Shown: positions 1 through 9,062 of the stretch, piece after piece | How positions within the stretch are numbered: the stretch's first letter is position 1 | Layout of the letters: every line of letters begins with the position of its first letter | DNA from: a virus | Strand: one strand, 5' to 3' | DNA: 64,000 nt | IMG/VR virus record: IMGVR_UViG_2795386012_000004 | Position numbers and translations under genes: made by a program | Notes under the pieces: model-generated | What the model was told of the DNA's origin: nothing | The model's input: the letters and a program-made list of their open reading frames with translations, nothing else | Database searches by the model: none

Positions 1-245
1 CGGCTGTCATCCGAGGTGGAGTCATGCGGATAGTTCATGGTCTCTTCGTCACGTGACGGGTTGGCCGGGCACCACCACTGACGTTCGCCGTTTTCGTCGT
101 TGGCGCCGACCTCGGTGGAGATGGTCATGAGCGCGATGGCGCTGGCCAGCTCATCGAGACCCTTGTCGAGTGCGACGGCGTGCACTTCGCGTGCCACCTG
201 CTCGCGGGTGCGCAGCGGCGTGGCGTCGAACTCTACGAAGCTCAC
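1..245 (-). CDS. hypothetical protein (3' part; gene continues past window start)
   Basis: Open minus-strand frame (..VEFDATPLRTREQVAREVHAVALDKGLDELASAIALMTISTEV..) running off position 1; GTGA overlap with upstream gene stop at 242-245. Confidence 0.3.
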   Translation of the reverse strand, partial: MSFVEFDATPLRTREQVAREVHAVALDKGLDELASAIALMTISTEVGANDENGERQWWCPANPSRDEETMNYPHDSTSDDS

Positions 246-488
246 AGGCTCAGTCCCAGCCTGCGGGCGGTGTCGCGGACTTTCTCGACCAGTGGGTCGA
301 TGATCCGGTCATCGACATCGCCAGGTATCGCGTCAGTGATCTTGTCGACCCCGGAAGTAGCAGTGTTGCCGACTGTTTCGGCGATAGCGATGACTACCGC
401 CTTGATGATCACCGGGATCTGCTGACGAATCTCGTCAACGACTGCGTGGCGAATTGGGTCGGTGATGTATGTCTTTATGAAAGCCATA
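242..488 (-). CDS. hypothetical protein (82 aa)
   Basis: ATG at 488 preceded by GAGAGG RBS; ORF track 242..520 trimmed to internal start MAFIKTY. Confidence 0.45.
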
Positions 489-504
489 GTTGTTGCCTCT
501 CTTG

Positions 505-1167
505 TTAATACGAGCGCCACCGAAGCCAGATACGCGCTGGCCCGCCTGTGCCGCCTTTGGTGAAGCTGCCGAAGATGCCGCCGTTGCCTCCGGCGCCGCC
601 TGCGCCGATCCCGCCCGTACCGGCGTTGCCGGTGCCTCCGCTGCCTGCGGCGAATGTCTCTCCGAAAGCCGACAGCGTTTGGGGGCTGATGGTTTTGCCG
701 TTCTGGCCGCTGCCGCCGGAGTTGGCGCCTTCACCGCCCAGACCGCCTGGGGCGGATGCGATGAGCCCGCCGGGTCCGTTGATCGATGTTGTGCCGCCGG
801 GGCTTCCGGGTGCGCCTTTGCCGCCGCCCTCGGTTTGACCGCCGATACCTCCGGCGCCCAAGGTCAGGGCTAGCGAGCTACTGGGGGCGATGAATGTGCC
901 GGTGAGCCATGTGCCGGTGTAGCCGCCTATTCCAGATCGGCTGAGACCGCCTTCACCGGCACCACCACCGCCGCCTGCGGGCAGGATCACGTAGTCGGCC
1001 CAGTAGGCCCACGTGGGCGGTAGGACGGACTGCGATTCGGCGAACAGGTCGGTGCGGGGGTCGCTGGCCCACACCTGTACATCGCCGAGACTGATGCCGT
1101 TGATGTACTTGTTTACGGGGCCATCCACGCCGCCGATGAGCAACGTATCGCCAATGCTGATGGGCAT
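505..1167 (-). CDS. glycine-rich minor tail protein
   Basis: 220-aa ORF with GGGGAGEGG / GGxGG tracts, located in tail-fibre gene run; TAAATG junction with next gene. Confidence 0.5.
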   Translation of the reverse strand: MPISIGDTLLIGGVDGPVNKYINGISLGDVQVWASDPRTDLFAESQSVLPPTWAYWADYVILPAGGGGGAGEGGLSRSGIGGYTGTWLTGTFIAPSSSLALTLGAGGIGGQTEGGGKGAPGSPGGTTSINGPGGLIASAPGGLGGEGANSGGSGQNGKTISPQTLSAFGETFAAGSGGTGNAGTGGIGAGGAGGNGGIFGSFTKGGTGGPARIWLRWRSY

Positions 1168-1506
1168 TTACGTTGCCCAGATGTAGATGGTGTTGCCGTC
1201 CCGTGGGGTCGGCAGCGCGTCATATTGAGCCCTGGTGCCCGCCCACACTGTCAGGGAGGTGGCGGTGCCGTTGACGGACCCGACGACTCTGCCGGTGCCG
1301 AGCTTGGACACGTCGATGGCTGCGTTCGCCGCGACCTTGGCGTTTGTTACTGAGCTGTCCGTGGGTACGCGGGTATCGCCCAGGCGGGCATCGTCTCCGG
1401 CGCAAGCGGTGGCGGCGGTTGTGCCGGTGGTCGGCGGGAAGGTGGACGGCTTGCCGATGATCGCCGACCAGGCCACTGCCAGTGCCGACTTAGTTACCCA
1501 TCCCAT
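1168..1506 (-). CDS. hypothetical tail-region protein
   Basis: 112-aa ORF tightly packed between tail fibre genes. Confidence 0.4.
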   Translation of the reverse strand: MGWVTKSALAVAWSAIIGKPSTFPPTTGTTAATACAGDDARLGDTRVPTDSSVTNAKVAANAAIDVSKLGTGRVVGSVNGTATSLTVWAGTRAQYDALPTPRDGNTIYIWAT

Positions 1507-1509
1507 CGG

Positions 1510-2156
1510 CTACTGCAATTCGTAGATGACGCCGGATGCCAGGTCGAGATAGGAGTCTCCGACCTGCTGTCCGGTGATGGTTCCCGGCGCACCGTTGCCG
1601 GTGGTGATGCGCGCCCCGCGTGGGCCGGTCGCCCCGGTGGCGCCTGCCTGGCCTGCGGGCCCCTGATTACCGGCTGGTCCGGCAGGCCCTTGCGCCCCGG
1701 TGGCACCGGTATCGCCCTTGACGCCTTGAATGCCCTGGGGGCCGGTGTCGCCCGTATCACCCTTGTCGCCCTTGGGGCCTTGAGTGCCCTGTGCGCCAGT
1801 AGGTCCCTGCGGGCCGCGAATCGATACACCTGCACCATTGGCTGGGAAGGCTGTGCCGTTCCAGATGTACAGTCTGCCGTCTGCTTCAACGAAGTAGCCT
1901 TGGCCGTCGTTGTCCGGGGTGAGGTCGGTGGGCAGAGCCGCGTAGTTGGCGACGGTGCCCGCAATGCTGATACCGCGTCCGTCTTCACCTTGGGGCCCTT
2001 GCGAGCCGGTGGGGCCTTGAGCCCCTTGTGGTCCGGCCGGTCCCTGAATGCCGGTGTCGCCCTTGGGGCCTTGGATACCCTGCGGCCCTTCAGGTCCAAC
2101 GTCGCCCTTTGGTCCCTTGATGCTTCCGCGCTGCTCCCATGCCATAGCGTTGTCTC
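1510..2156 (-). CDS. collagen-like (Gly-X-Y repeat) tail fibre protein
   Basis: Long GxxGxxG repeats (GPKGDTGIQGPAGPQGAQGPTG..), start ATG 2156 with AAGGGAG RBS; C-terminus SGVIYELQ. Confidence 0.55.
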
Positions 2157-2161
2157 CCTTG

Positions 2162-2458
2162 CTATTTGAGTTCGTAGGTGATGCCGGTGCTGACATCGAT
2201 GTAGAGGTCACCGGGTTTGGCGCCAACGATCACGTCCGGTTCGCCTGTGCCGTACCAGGTGGCTACGCCGGAGAAGGCTGGGCCTGGTTCGCCTTGTGCG
2301 CCTTGCTCTCCGCGTGGTCCTGGTGGGCCGGGCACTGGTGTGGCTATCTGCTCGGATGGCTTTGGCGCGCCCAGTGTGAGCTTGGGGCGGGTTGGCGCGG
2401 TCAGTTCGATGACCGGCACCGGTTCGGTGTCGATGACTAGGCGGGGAAGCTCAGTCAT
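2162..2458 (-). CDS. collagen-like minor tail protein (paralog of 1510..2156)
   Basis: GPPGPRGEQGAQGEPGP repeats; C-terminus GITYELK matches neighbour. Confidence 0.5.
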   Translation of the reverse strand: MTELPRLVIDTEPVPVIELTAPTRPKLTLGAPKPSEQIATPVPGPPGPRGEQGAQGEPGPAFSGVATWYGTGEPDVIVGAKPGDLYIDVSTGITYELK

Positions 2459-2819
2459 CGCGCGCCACCCGGCATTTCGCCCATGGCAGGCTGTCGCCGT
2501 TGGGGTAGCTCGACGGGTAGGTGACGGTCAGCCGCGCCTCGGCTTTGGCTGGAATCTTGTCGGCGATGGGCGACTCAATGCGGATGAATACACCGTCATC
2601 GGTGATGGTCGGTTGTATTGCTGTGCCGTCTATTTCGGTACCGGCACGGACCGCCGCCATGTCCGGGTAGAACCGCAGATCGATGGTGGTGCCTGCCGGA
2701 AAGATGTCATGAATGTTCGGTGCGGTGCCGTCATCGTCAGCCTTGAGGCGCAGCAGCAAGATGAAGTCCTGCCGGACCGATAGTGTGATATTCAGGTCGG
2801 GGTCGTAGCCGCCAATCAT
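2451..2819 (-). CDS. hypothetical protein
   Basis: 122-aa ORF, overlapping stop/start with neighbours. Confidence 0.4.
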   Translation of the reverse strand: MIGGYDPDLNITLSVRQDFILLLRLKADDDGTAPNIHDIFPAGTTIDLRFYPDMAAVRAGTEIDGTAIQPTITDDGVFIRIESPIADKIPAKAEARLTVTYPSSYPNGDSLPWAKCRVARDD

Positions 2820-3106
2820 TGATCTGCCTCTATCTGCGCTATCGCTTCGTCGTGTGTTGTGCCGGGCGCAAACTCGTGCAGCCGTTCAAGACTGGTGGCG
2901 CAGGCGTTCTCATCGACCGCGATAACCACCGTGGGGCGTGGGGTGTAGGTGTATTCGGCGCCGCGCGTTATCTGGTCGACATTGCGGTCGTGGCGCTCAT
3001 CGGGTGTGTCGATGTCAATGACCACATACGTGCCATCTGCCAGCCGAAAATGCTTGCAGCCAGCGGGCCAGGCGCTCATATCGGTTTGTAGCTCAACAGC
3101 ATTCAC
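2816..3106 (-). CDS. hypothetical protein
   Basis: 96-aa ORF in tail gene run. Confidence 0.4.
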   Translation of the reverse strand: MNAVELQTDMSAWPAGCKHFRLADGTYVVIDIDTPDERHDRNVDQITRGAEYTYTPRPTVVIAVDENACATSLERLHEFAPGTTHDEAIAQIEADQ

Positions 3107-3121
3107 GTTGCGTGCCTTCTT

Positions 3122-4519
3122 CTATTTCCAGATGATGAGAGCGACACCGTGTGGTGCGCTGCCAGGTTGGCCGGGGGTTTGGGTGGCGAAGGTGCCGCCG
3201 CCGACTGCTGAGCCGCCGCCCCCAGACCCGCCACCGGGGTAGCCGCCCGCGCCGCCATCACCGCCTCGGCGCGTACCGGTCGAGGACGTGGACCCGGCGC
3301 CACCCCCGCCGCCGCCACCTCCGCCACCGGCTTTTGTGGGTGCGGTCAGCGAGGCTGCGGCGCCTGCGGTTCCGGCGTCGGCGGTTCCGGTCGAGTTGCG
3401 GCCCGCCCCGCCGACACCGCCCGCCGCCAGCGGGGTAGCGCCGCCGTCTTGACCGGCACTGCCCCCGGACCCGGTGGCTTGCCCGCCATTGCCCCCGCGC
3501 CCCGGTGTGGAGGCCGCTGGGGTGAAACCGGCGAGTGTGGAGATGCCGGAGCCGTTCGGGGATGAGGACACCAGATTGCCGATAGAGGTGATGCCGCCGT
3601 CAGCGCCGTTGGTGCTCGCCCCTGGCCCGACCGTGACGGACAAGGTGGCGGGGATGTCAGCGGGGGCGATCTGCTGGCCGATGTAGCCACCCGAGGACCC
3701 GCCCAGACCGCCCGGCCGTACGTCGGCGTTGGTCCCCGAGGTGGTGCCGGGCATACCTTTTCCACCGCCGCCGATCACGATCAACCAGCACTCGCGCAGA
3801 TTGGCTGGTTTGGTCCATGTGCCGTTGGATGTGAAGGTGTCGACGGTGTAGTCGCCGATGGTCGCCTGTTTGATGGCGGCGATTGTTTGTTGTACCTCTG
3901 CGGCAGTTCCGGTGGCGGCAGTGCCGCCGAACCAGGTGTCGAACATGTTCTTGAAGCCGTCGACAACGCTGCCCAGTGCGTCATTGGCGTTGGTGTTCGC
4001 GGCCTGCGCAGTGGTGTTGGCTGCCGCTGCGGTGTTGCGTACTCCGGTGATGGCGTTGAACAGGTTGGTGATGAAGTTGTCGTTACTGCCGGGATTGGTG
4101 CCGCCCTGGCTGCCGTGCAGGATGGCGTCGAAGGCGTTGCGTATCCACGTACCGGCATCGTTGGGGTCTGAATCTGGTCTGCCGGTGATGATTTCGAAGA
4201 AGTCGCCCAGAACGGGGATGTCTTCTACCTTGTCTTGCAGGCTGGTGATGGCCGACTGAATGTTGGCGATGGCGCCCTGCACCGTGGACACCGCGCCCTG
4301 TAGGCCCTCCAGGATGTTCCACTTGCCGGTCAGAATTCCCGTCAGCGCGGCCAGGTCGATGCCGAACAGGCGCTTGATGCCCTCGACAATCATTTCGATG
4401 AAGCGGTCCACGCCGTCGCCTGCACCCTTGGTGAAGGCCATCGGATTATCGAAGGCCAGCTTGGTGTTTGGGTTGTGGGTCAGTGGTGGCCCGACTTGGC
4501 GCCGGTCGAAGACGGCCAT
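3122..4519 (-). CDS. glycine-rich minor tail protein (~465 aa)
   Basis: Internal ATG at 4519 overlapping TAA of upstream gene (TAATG); poly-Gly tract GGGGGGGGGGAG and many GG/GS repeats. Confidence 0.55.
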   Translation of the reverse strand: MAVFDRRQVGPPLTHNPNTKLAFDNPMAFTKGAGDGVDRFIEMIVEGIKRLFGIDLAALTGILTGKWNILEGLQGAVSTVQGAIANIQSAITSLQDKVEDIPVLGDFFEIITGRPDSDPNDAGTWIRNAFDAILHGSQGGTNPGSNDNFITNLFNAITGVRNTAAAANTTAQAANTNANDALGSVVDGFKNMFDTWFGGTAATGTAAEVQQTIAAIKQATIGDYTVDTFTSNGTWTKPANLRECWLIVIGGGGKGMPGTTSGTNADVRPGGLGGSSGGYIGQQIAPADIPATLSVTVGPGASTNGADGGITSIGNLVSSSPNGSGISTLAGFTPAASTPGRGGNGGQATGSGGSAGQDGGATPLAAGGVGGAGRNSTGTADAGTAGAAASLTAPTKAGGGGGGGGGGAGSTSSTGTRRGGDGGAGGYPGGGSGGGGSAVGGGTFATQTPGQPGSAPHGVALIIWK

Positions 4520-5628
4520 TAGACCGGGATCACCTGTATCGCCAGCTGGGCGTCGCGTGGCTGAAAGTTGTAGACGCCGAACAGGCCGTCTGTGTACAAG
4601 AACACCGTCAGGATGCGCTTTTGGCCCTGCGGGAATCTGCCGTACACGCCATCGGGGGAGATGGCATCTGAAGGTGTTTGTGGTGTCGAAGCGTGCGGGC
4701 TGATATGCAACATCTGCGAGGAGTTGCCGAAGCCGCGGGCCACCAAGATGCCGCCCTTGGGATCGGTGTTCGGCTCGGAGATGCGGACCTCGCAACCGAT
4801 CTGGAACGGATCGAAGTCAAGGTCAACGCCGTTGGTACGCAGGTGCCCCTGCACCCACAGGTTGTATTCCTGCGTCTGTTCGGGAATCTCGCGTGAGCCG
4901 ATCGGGACCTTGGTGCCCACGGCCAGCGGCACCGACTGAAACGCGGCCTCGGGCATCGTGTACATGCGTGTGGCGAACGGGTTGGGGTCGGCTAGGACGA
5001 ACTTGCTCTTGGTGGCATCCCAGGTGACGACCTGGCCTCCTGTGGGTGGCAGGGTGTCATCGAAGTCGAGCGCGTCGGCGATGGTGGCGTTATCGCCCTT
5101 GGGGCCCTGCGGGGCTGCAATCTCGAAATGCCAGCCAGGGTTGTTGGCGGTGCCGCTCACGGTGATCTTGGACTTGCGGCCCGCCAGCTGCTCGGCCCAC
5201 GGGATCGACTCAATGGTGGGGGAGATGTTCGGCACAGGCCCGGCCGGACCGGCGGTGCCCATGGCCTTGACCTTGAATCCGGTGCCGTCCCACATGTAGA
5301 CCTGGTTGCCGATCCACCAGGCCTTGCCGATGTCGTCGGGGGTGTCGGTCAGGGTGTTGGCCAGCTCTTCAAGCTCTTGCAGGCTGTCGATGGGTGAGCC
5401 GTATTGCATGCGGACAATGGGCGCCATCTCGCCGTCGTTGCCTTTGGGGCCGACCAGGGCGTCCATGGTGACCACCGCGTCGTCGCCAACCATTTCCATG
5501 GTGGCCGTGGTGGCGCCGGGTGTGTCGATGTCGGACACGTCGCCGTAGAAGTGCACATTGGCCAGCCGGGTGCCCAGATACACCCGGTCGCCAAGCTGCG
5601 CCTGTACCGGGTCGGCGGGTGCAGTCAT
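4519..5628 (-). CDS. minor tail protein
   Basis: 369-aa ORF, ATGA overlap with next gene at 5625-5628. Confidence 0.5.
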   Translation of the reverse strand: MTAPADPVQAQLGDRVYLGTRLANVHFYGDVSDIDTPGATTATMEMVGDDAVVTMDALVGPKGNDGEMAPIVRMQYGSPIDSLQELEELANTLTDTPDDIGKAWWIGNQVYMWDGTGFKVKAMGTAGPAGPVPNISPTIESIPWAEQLAGRKSKITVSGTANNPGWHFEIAAPQGPKGDNATIADALDFDDTLPPTGGQVVTWDATKSKFVLADPNPFATRMYTMPEAAFQSVPLAVGTKVPIGSREIPEQTQEYNLWVQGHLRTNGVDLDFDPFQIGCEVRISEPNTDPKGGILVARGFGNSSQMLHISPHASTPQTPSDAISPDGVYGRFPQGQKRILTVFLYTDGLFGVYNFQPRDAQLAIQVIPV

Positions 5629-6110
5629 AGTGGAGCCTCCGTCTGCTCGTCGTCTTGGAAAGTGATGCGGGTCTTCTGCCGCCAGCCCTCGGGCACGTCA
5701 TCGACGGGCACACCGCCGAGCTGGCGAATCCAAAAGGCCTTGGCGTTGCCGGACAGGTTTTCGATGTCCTGCGGCGTGGTGGCGGTGTCGATTTCCTCGC
5801 GCACGTCATCGGGTGCATTGATGCCCACCCACTCCAAAGCGCCCTCGTGTTGGGCGCCTTCGACACGGCGGCTCTTGATCAGCGCCTCATCCTGGTGAAG
5901 CCGGAAGCCGCGCAGCGCAAGGTGATAGGCAATCATTGGCGCCAGGTAGGACAGGTCCAAGGTTTTGCCGTCGCGCATGCCGACCGCCACCAACGCGCTG
6001 GCTATCTGGTGCATGGCCACGTTGGCGTTGTGTAGGTGTTCGGCGGGGGCGTCGGTGACCCGTGGGTCGGTGCCCATGGCTGCGCCTTGGTGAGTGCCGT
6101 TGACGTACAT
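5625..6110 (-). CDS. hypothetical tail protein (~161 aa)
   Basis: Start MYVNGTHQG at TAATG junction with upstream gene stop; longer track ORF overlaps the preceding gene. Confidence 0.4.
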   Translation of the reverse strand: MYVNGTHQGAAMGTDPRVTDAPAEHLHNANVAMHQIASALVAVGMRDGKTLDLSYLAPMIAYHLALRGFRLHQDEALIKSRRVEGAQHEGALEWVGINAPDDVREEIDTATTPQDIENLSGNAKAFWIRQLGGVPVDDVPEGWRQKTRITFQDDEQTEAPL

Positions 6111-7831
6111 TAGAATTCGTCTCCACTTCCCATGAGCATTCCGACGACCGACCAGGCCGCTTGCAGTGTTCGCATCCCCTTGGCGGCGGGATCTTCTTCT
6201 TCGCCGTCCATGCCGATTGACAGCCCGTATTGCAGCGGCGTGGTCTCGTCGTAGGCCATCCGAATCGCCGAGCACTGGTCGGCGTGGATGACATCGACCA
6301 ACTCAAAGCCCAGGCGGTCGCCGAGAGTGAAGTCGTAATGGACCAGCCAGGGGTAGCCGTTGACGACGTTTGTCTTAAAGCTGGTGTAAGGCCGTGTTTT
6401 CCAGTGGCCATCGCGTAGCGATTTGATGCCGGATACGGTGTATGCCGAGCCTGAGCCCGCTTCCCAGTGTTCAAGGAAAGCGTGTGTGCCCATTTGGAAT
6501 ACGCGCTTGATGTCCGTAAACCGTTGGTACGCAAGCAGGCTGTTGTCCAATTGGCCCTGATAGAGCTCTTCCAAGCCCGGAGTGCCGGGAACCTGTGCGG
6601 CAAATGGGCCTTGAGATATCAGCGCCGACAGCTCGGACAGGGCGTACTTGATGCCAAATGTCTGGAGTTGGTTAACAATCTGCGGCGACTTGGAACCGGT
6701 CATGATGGTGCGGGCCTTGGCCTTGTGCACCGCTCTAACGGCGTCGATGATCGCCGAATGCTCCGTGTCGCGGAAGATCACCTTTGGCGGTGCCGGGGCG
6801 ACCTTGAGCCACTTGCGAAATAGCGGATCGGTCTTGCCGTCGTGGTCGGCGTCGACCGGAATAATGGTCTCGGTGATCATGTCGTCGGCCAGCGAGCCGA
6901 TCAGGTTGATTACGCCGTCGATGGCGGTGCCGGTTGGGCCGGTGACACCCGACTTGTCTTCTACGGAAAGGACAACGCAGTTGCGGGTGGGCCGGGTCAG
7001 AATGTTGTTGCCGAGCAGTTCGGACAGCTCGGTGTGTGGCGAGTCCTCATCCTCGGTCAGCCAGGTGTAGGCGCGGATGATGCACCCGGCGTCCTTGAGG
7101 ATCGGATCGAAGACACTGTGCGCGTCGGTCCACCGTGAGGTGACAAAACTCAGCCGCGACTGGTCTAGGAACGGGTTGACGAAAGCGACCTGCACCGGCC
7201 AGTCAAGCGGGCTGATGTTGGTGAGCTTGGTGCCCAGCCACACCGCCGGGTTGGCGATGTTGGTGATGATGTTGAACCCCGGCATGTACTGGCGGGCCAG
7301 GTTCACGAACAGTGTGGTGGCGCAGATGGTGCGGGTGTTCCCCGGCAGCAGCCACATCTTCGGCTGCTGGACCTCGGGCGGAAAGAACGGATTTGCGCCT
7401 AGGAGAATGTGTTCCAGATGCTTGCGGTTGTGGATGAGCTGTAGTTCGACCAGGTGGATGCCGTCAGCGGTGCGCTTGATGTTGACCGATTCGACCTTGC
7501 CGCCCCAGCGGGTGCGCCACGACCGCTTGGTCGGGTTGGGGTCGATGGTGATGTGCAAGTCCTCTTCGGCGCGCACATCGCGGGTGATGAACTCGGTCAG
7601 CCAGTCGTTCGCGAGCAGCGTGATTGAGCCCTGCCCGGCCGCGTGAATCATCTCTTCGGCGTCAAGTTTTTGTTCAGCGGCAACAACGCCGATGAACTTC
7701 ATGTCCTTGTCCCACAGTCGGATTAGTGGGCGCTGACGGGCCGAGTCGATGATGACCTGGCGCCGCCGATGCATGTAGCGGTACGCCTCACCAGGGCTGC
7801 GCGCAGGATCGGGCGCAGCCAAAGTTGCCAT
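6110..7831 (-). CDS. minor tail protein (573 aa)
   Basis: Large ORF between tape measure and tail fibres, typical position of baseplate/hub-like minor tail proteins. Confidence 0.55.
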   Translation of the reverse strand: MATLAAPDPARSPGEAYRYMHRRRQVIIDSARQRPLIRLWDKDMKFIGVVAAEQKLDAEEMIHAAGQGSITLLANDWLTEFITRDVRAEEDLHITIDPNPTKRSWRTRWGGKVESVNIKRTADGIHLVELQLIHNRKHLEHILLGANPFFPPEVQQPKMWLLPGNTRTICATTLFVNLARQYMPGFNIITNIANPAVWLGTKLTNISPLDWPVQVAFVNPFLDQSRLSFVTSRWTDAHSVFDPILKDAGCIIRAYTWLTEDEDSPHTELSELLGNNILTRPTRNCVVLSVEDKSGVTGPTGTAIDGVINLIGSLADDMITETIIPVDADHDGKTDPLFRKWLKVAPAPPKVIFRDTEHSAIIDAVRAVHKAKARTIMTGSKSPQIVNQLQTFGIKYALSELSALISQGPFAAQVPGTPGLEELYQGQLDNSLLAYQRFTDIKRVFQMGTHAFLEHWEAGSGSAYTVSGIKSLRDGHWKTRPYTSFKTNVVNGYPWLVHYDFTLGDRLGFELVDVIHADQCSAIRMAYDETTPLQYGLSIGMDGEEEDPAAKGMRTLQAAWSVVGMLMGSGDEF

Positions 7832-9062
7832 CTAGAAAGCGGTCTCGTACTTCTGTGGCATGAAAGCGGTCACCTTTGCCTCGGGGTTGGTGTGGTAGAC
7901 GGCGGTCGTAACCGCCGTCTCACGCGGGATGATGGATGCGAACCGCTGGCCACGGGTGCGGCGCCACGCGGGCAGCCCTTGGTCGCCCAGGTCATGCAGC
8001 AGCGGCAGGTAGTCGAGGATTTCGGCCTGGCGCGCGAACCGGTAGAACACGTTGTCTACGGGTTCCTTGCTGGTGGTGAAGGTGCGGGCGGTCGGGTCGG
8101 TGTCGACCATGAGAAAGCCATCGCCGCTATAGATTTCGGGACAGCGCACCAAGTTCTGCGTGAGGCCGTCCTGTATCCATGCCGTGCCGGTACCGCTGAT
8201 GATGAACTTCGGCCAGTCATCGATCTGGCCCTTGTTGACGTATTGGACGTGGGTCAGCCAGGCCTGCATGGGCAGTGCTTCGATGCCGTCAGTCAGGAAG
8301 TCCTCAAGGGTGGTGAACAGTGAGCCCTCGCCGCCGACCGCGACCTTGGGCTTGGTGGCGTCGAAGCCAACGGTCTTGGAGCGGAACATCTTTTTGTAGG
8401 CGTAGGGGTCCGGGCTGACGACGTTCATCGTCACCTGGCGCATGTTGTTACCGAACGCCACCGGGTCCTTTTTCATGGTCTCCGGGGTGGCGCCGCCATC
8501 CAAAATGACTTTGAGCCAGCGCCATCCGGTCGAGCGGGTGAAGTAGCCCAACCATCCGTGCTGCGTCTTGGACCATGCCCGCTGCCACCTGGCCTCGGTG
8601 TTGCGGTAGATGGTCTCGGTCGAAATATTCAGGCGGGCCCGCACATTGGCGTTGGGGTTCAGGATGACGCCGAATGACTGCGTGCGGCGTTTGATGTCGG
8701 TGCGCTCCAGCCGGGAGCCGATCAGGTAGGGCCCTTCTGAGAACCGGTGATCGAACGGAACCGACATCGCGCCCATCAGCTCGGACTCCAGCACCGCCCC
8801 TTCGCGGCCGCGATGGTTACCGGCAAGGTGCCACTTGCTGCCATCGACACCGATGTACAGCAGGTTGGTTTCCATGTTCTTAAGCTCTTCGGGCAGCCAT
8901 TCCCAGCGGGTGAATTGCTCCCAGCCGGGGAACTTGACGGCGGCAAACACTGCTCCGGCTAGCTCATTGGCGTTTCCGCCCCAGCGGTAGAAGGGCGGTT
9001 GAATCTGGTTGTCGGCCGGGTTCTCGCCCCAATGATCGGGCGCGGTGGGTGATTCGGTCATG
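7832..9062 (-). CDS. minor tail protein (~410 aa)
   Basis: Internal ATG (MTESPTAPDHWG) overlapping TMP stop at 9058-9062; position immediately after TMP. Confidence 0.5.

Noticed and set aside
490-873. Plus-strand ORFs (490..873, 548..838, 3151..3438 poly-Arg, 3474..3686 etc.) overlapping the minus-strand tail genes
   Set aside because: They are antisense to well-supported glycine-rich minor tail genes. Their Arg/Pro/Ala-rich composition is the typical reverse-frame artefact of high-GC DNA.
1510-4519. Repetitive GGx/Gly-codon arrays considered as CRISPR-like or tandem-repeat DNA
   Set aside because: Repeats are in-frame Gly-X-Y or poly-Gly coding sequence of tail fibre proteins, and no spacer-repeat periodicity is present.
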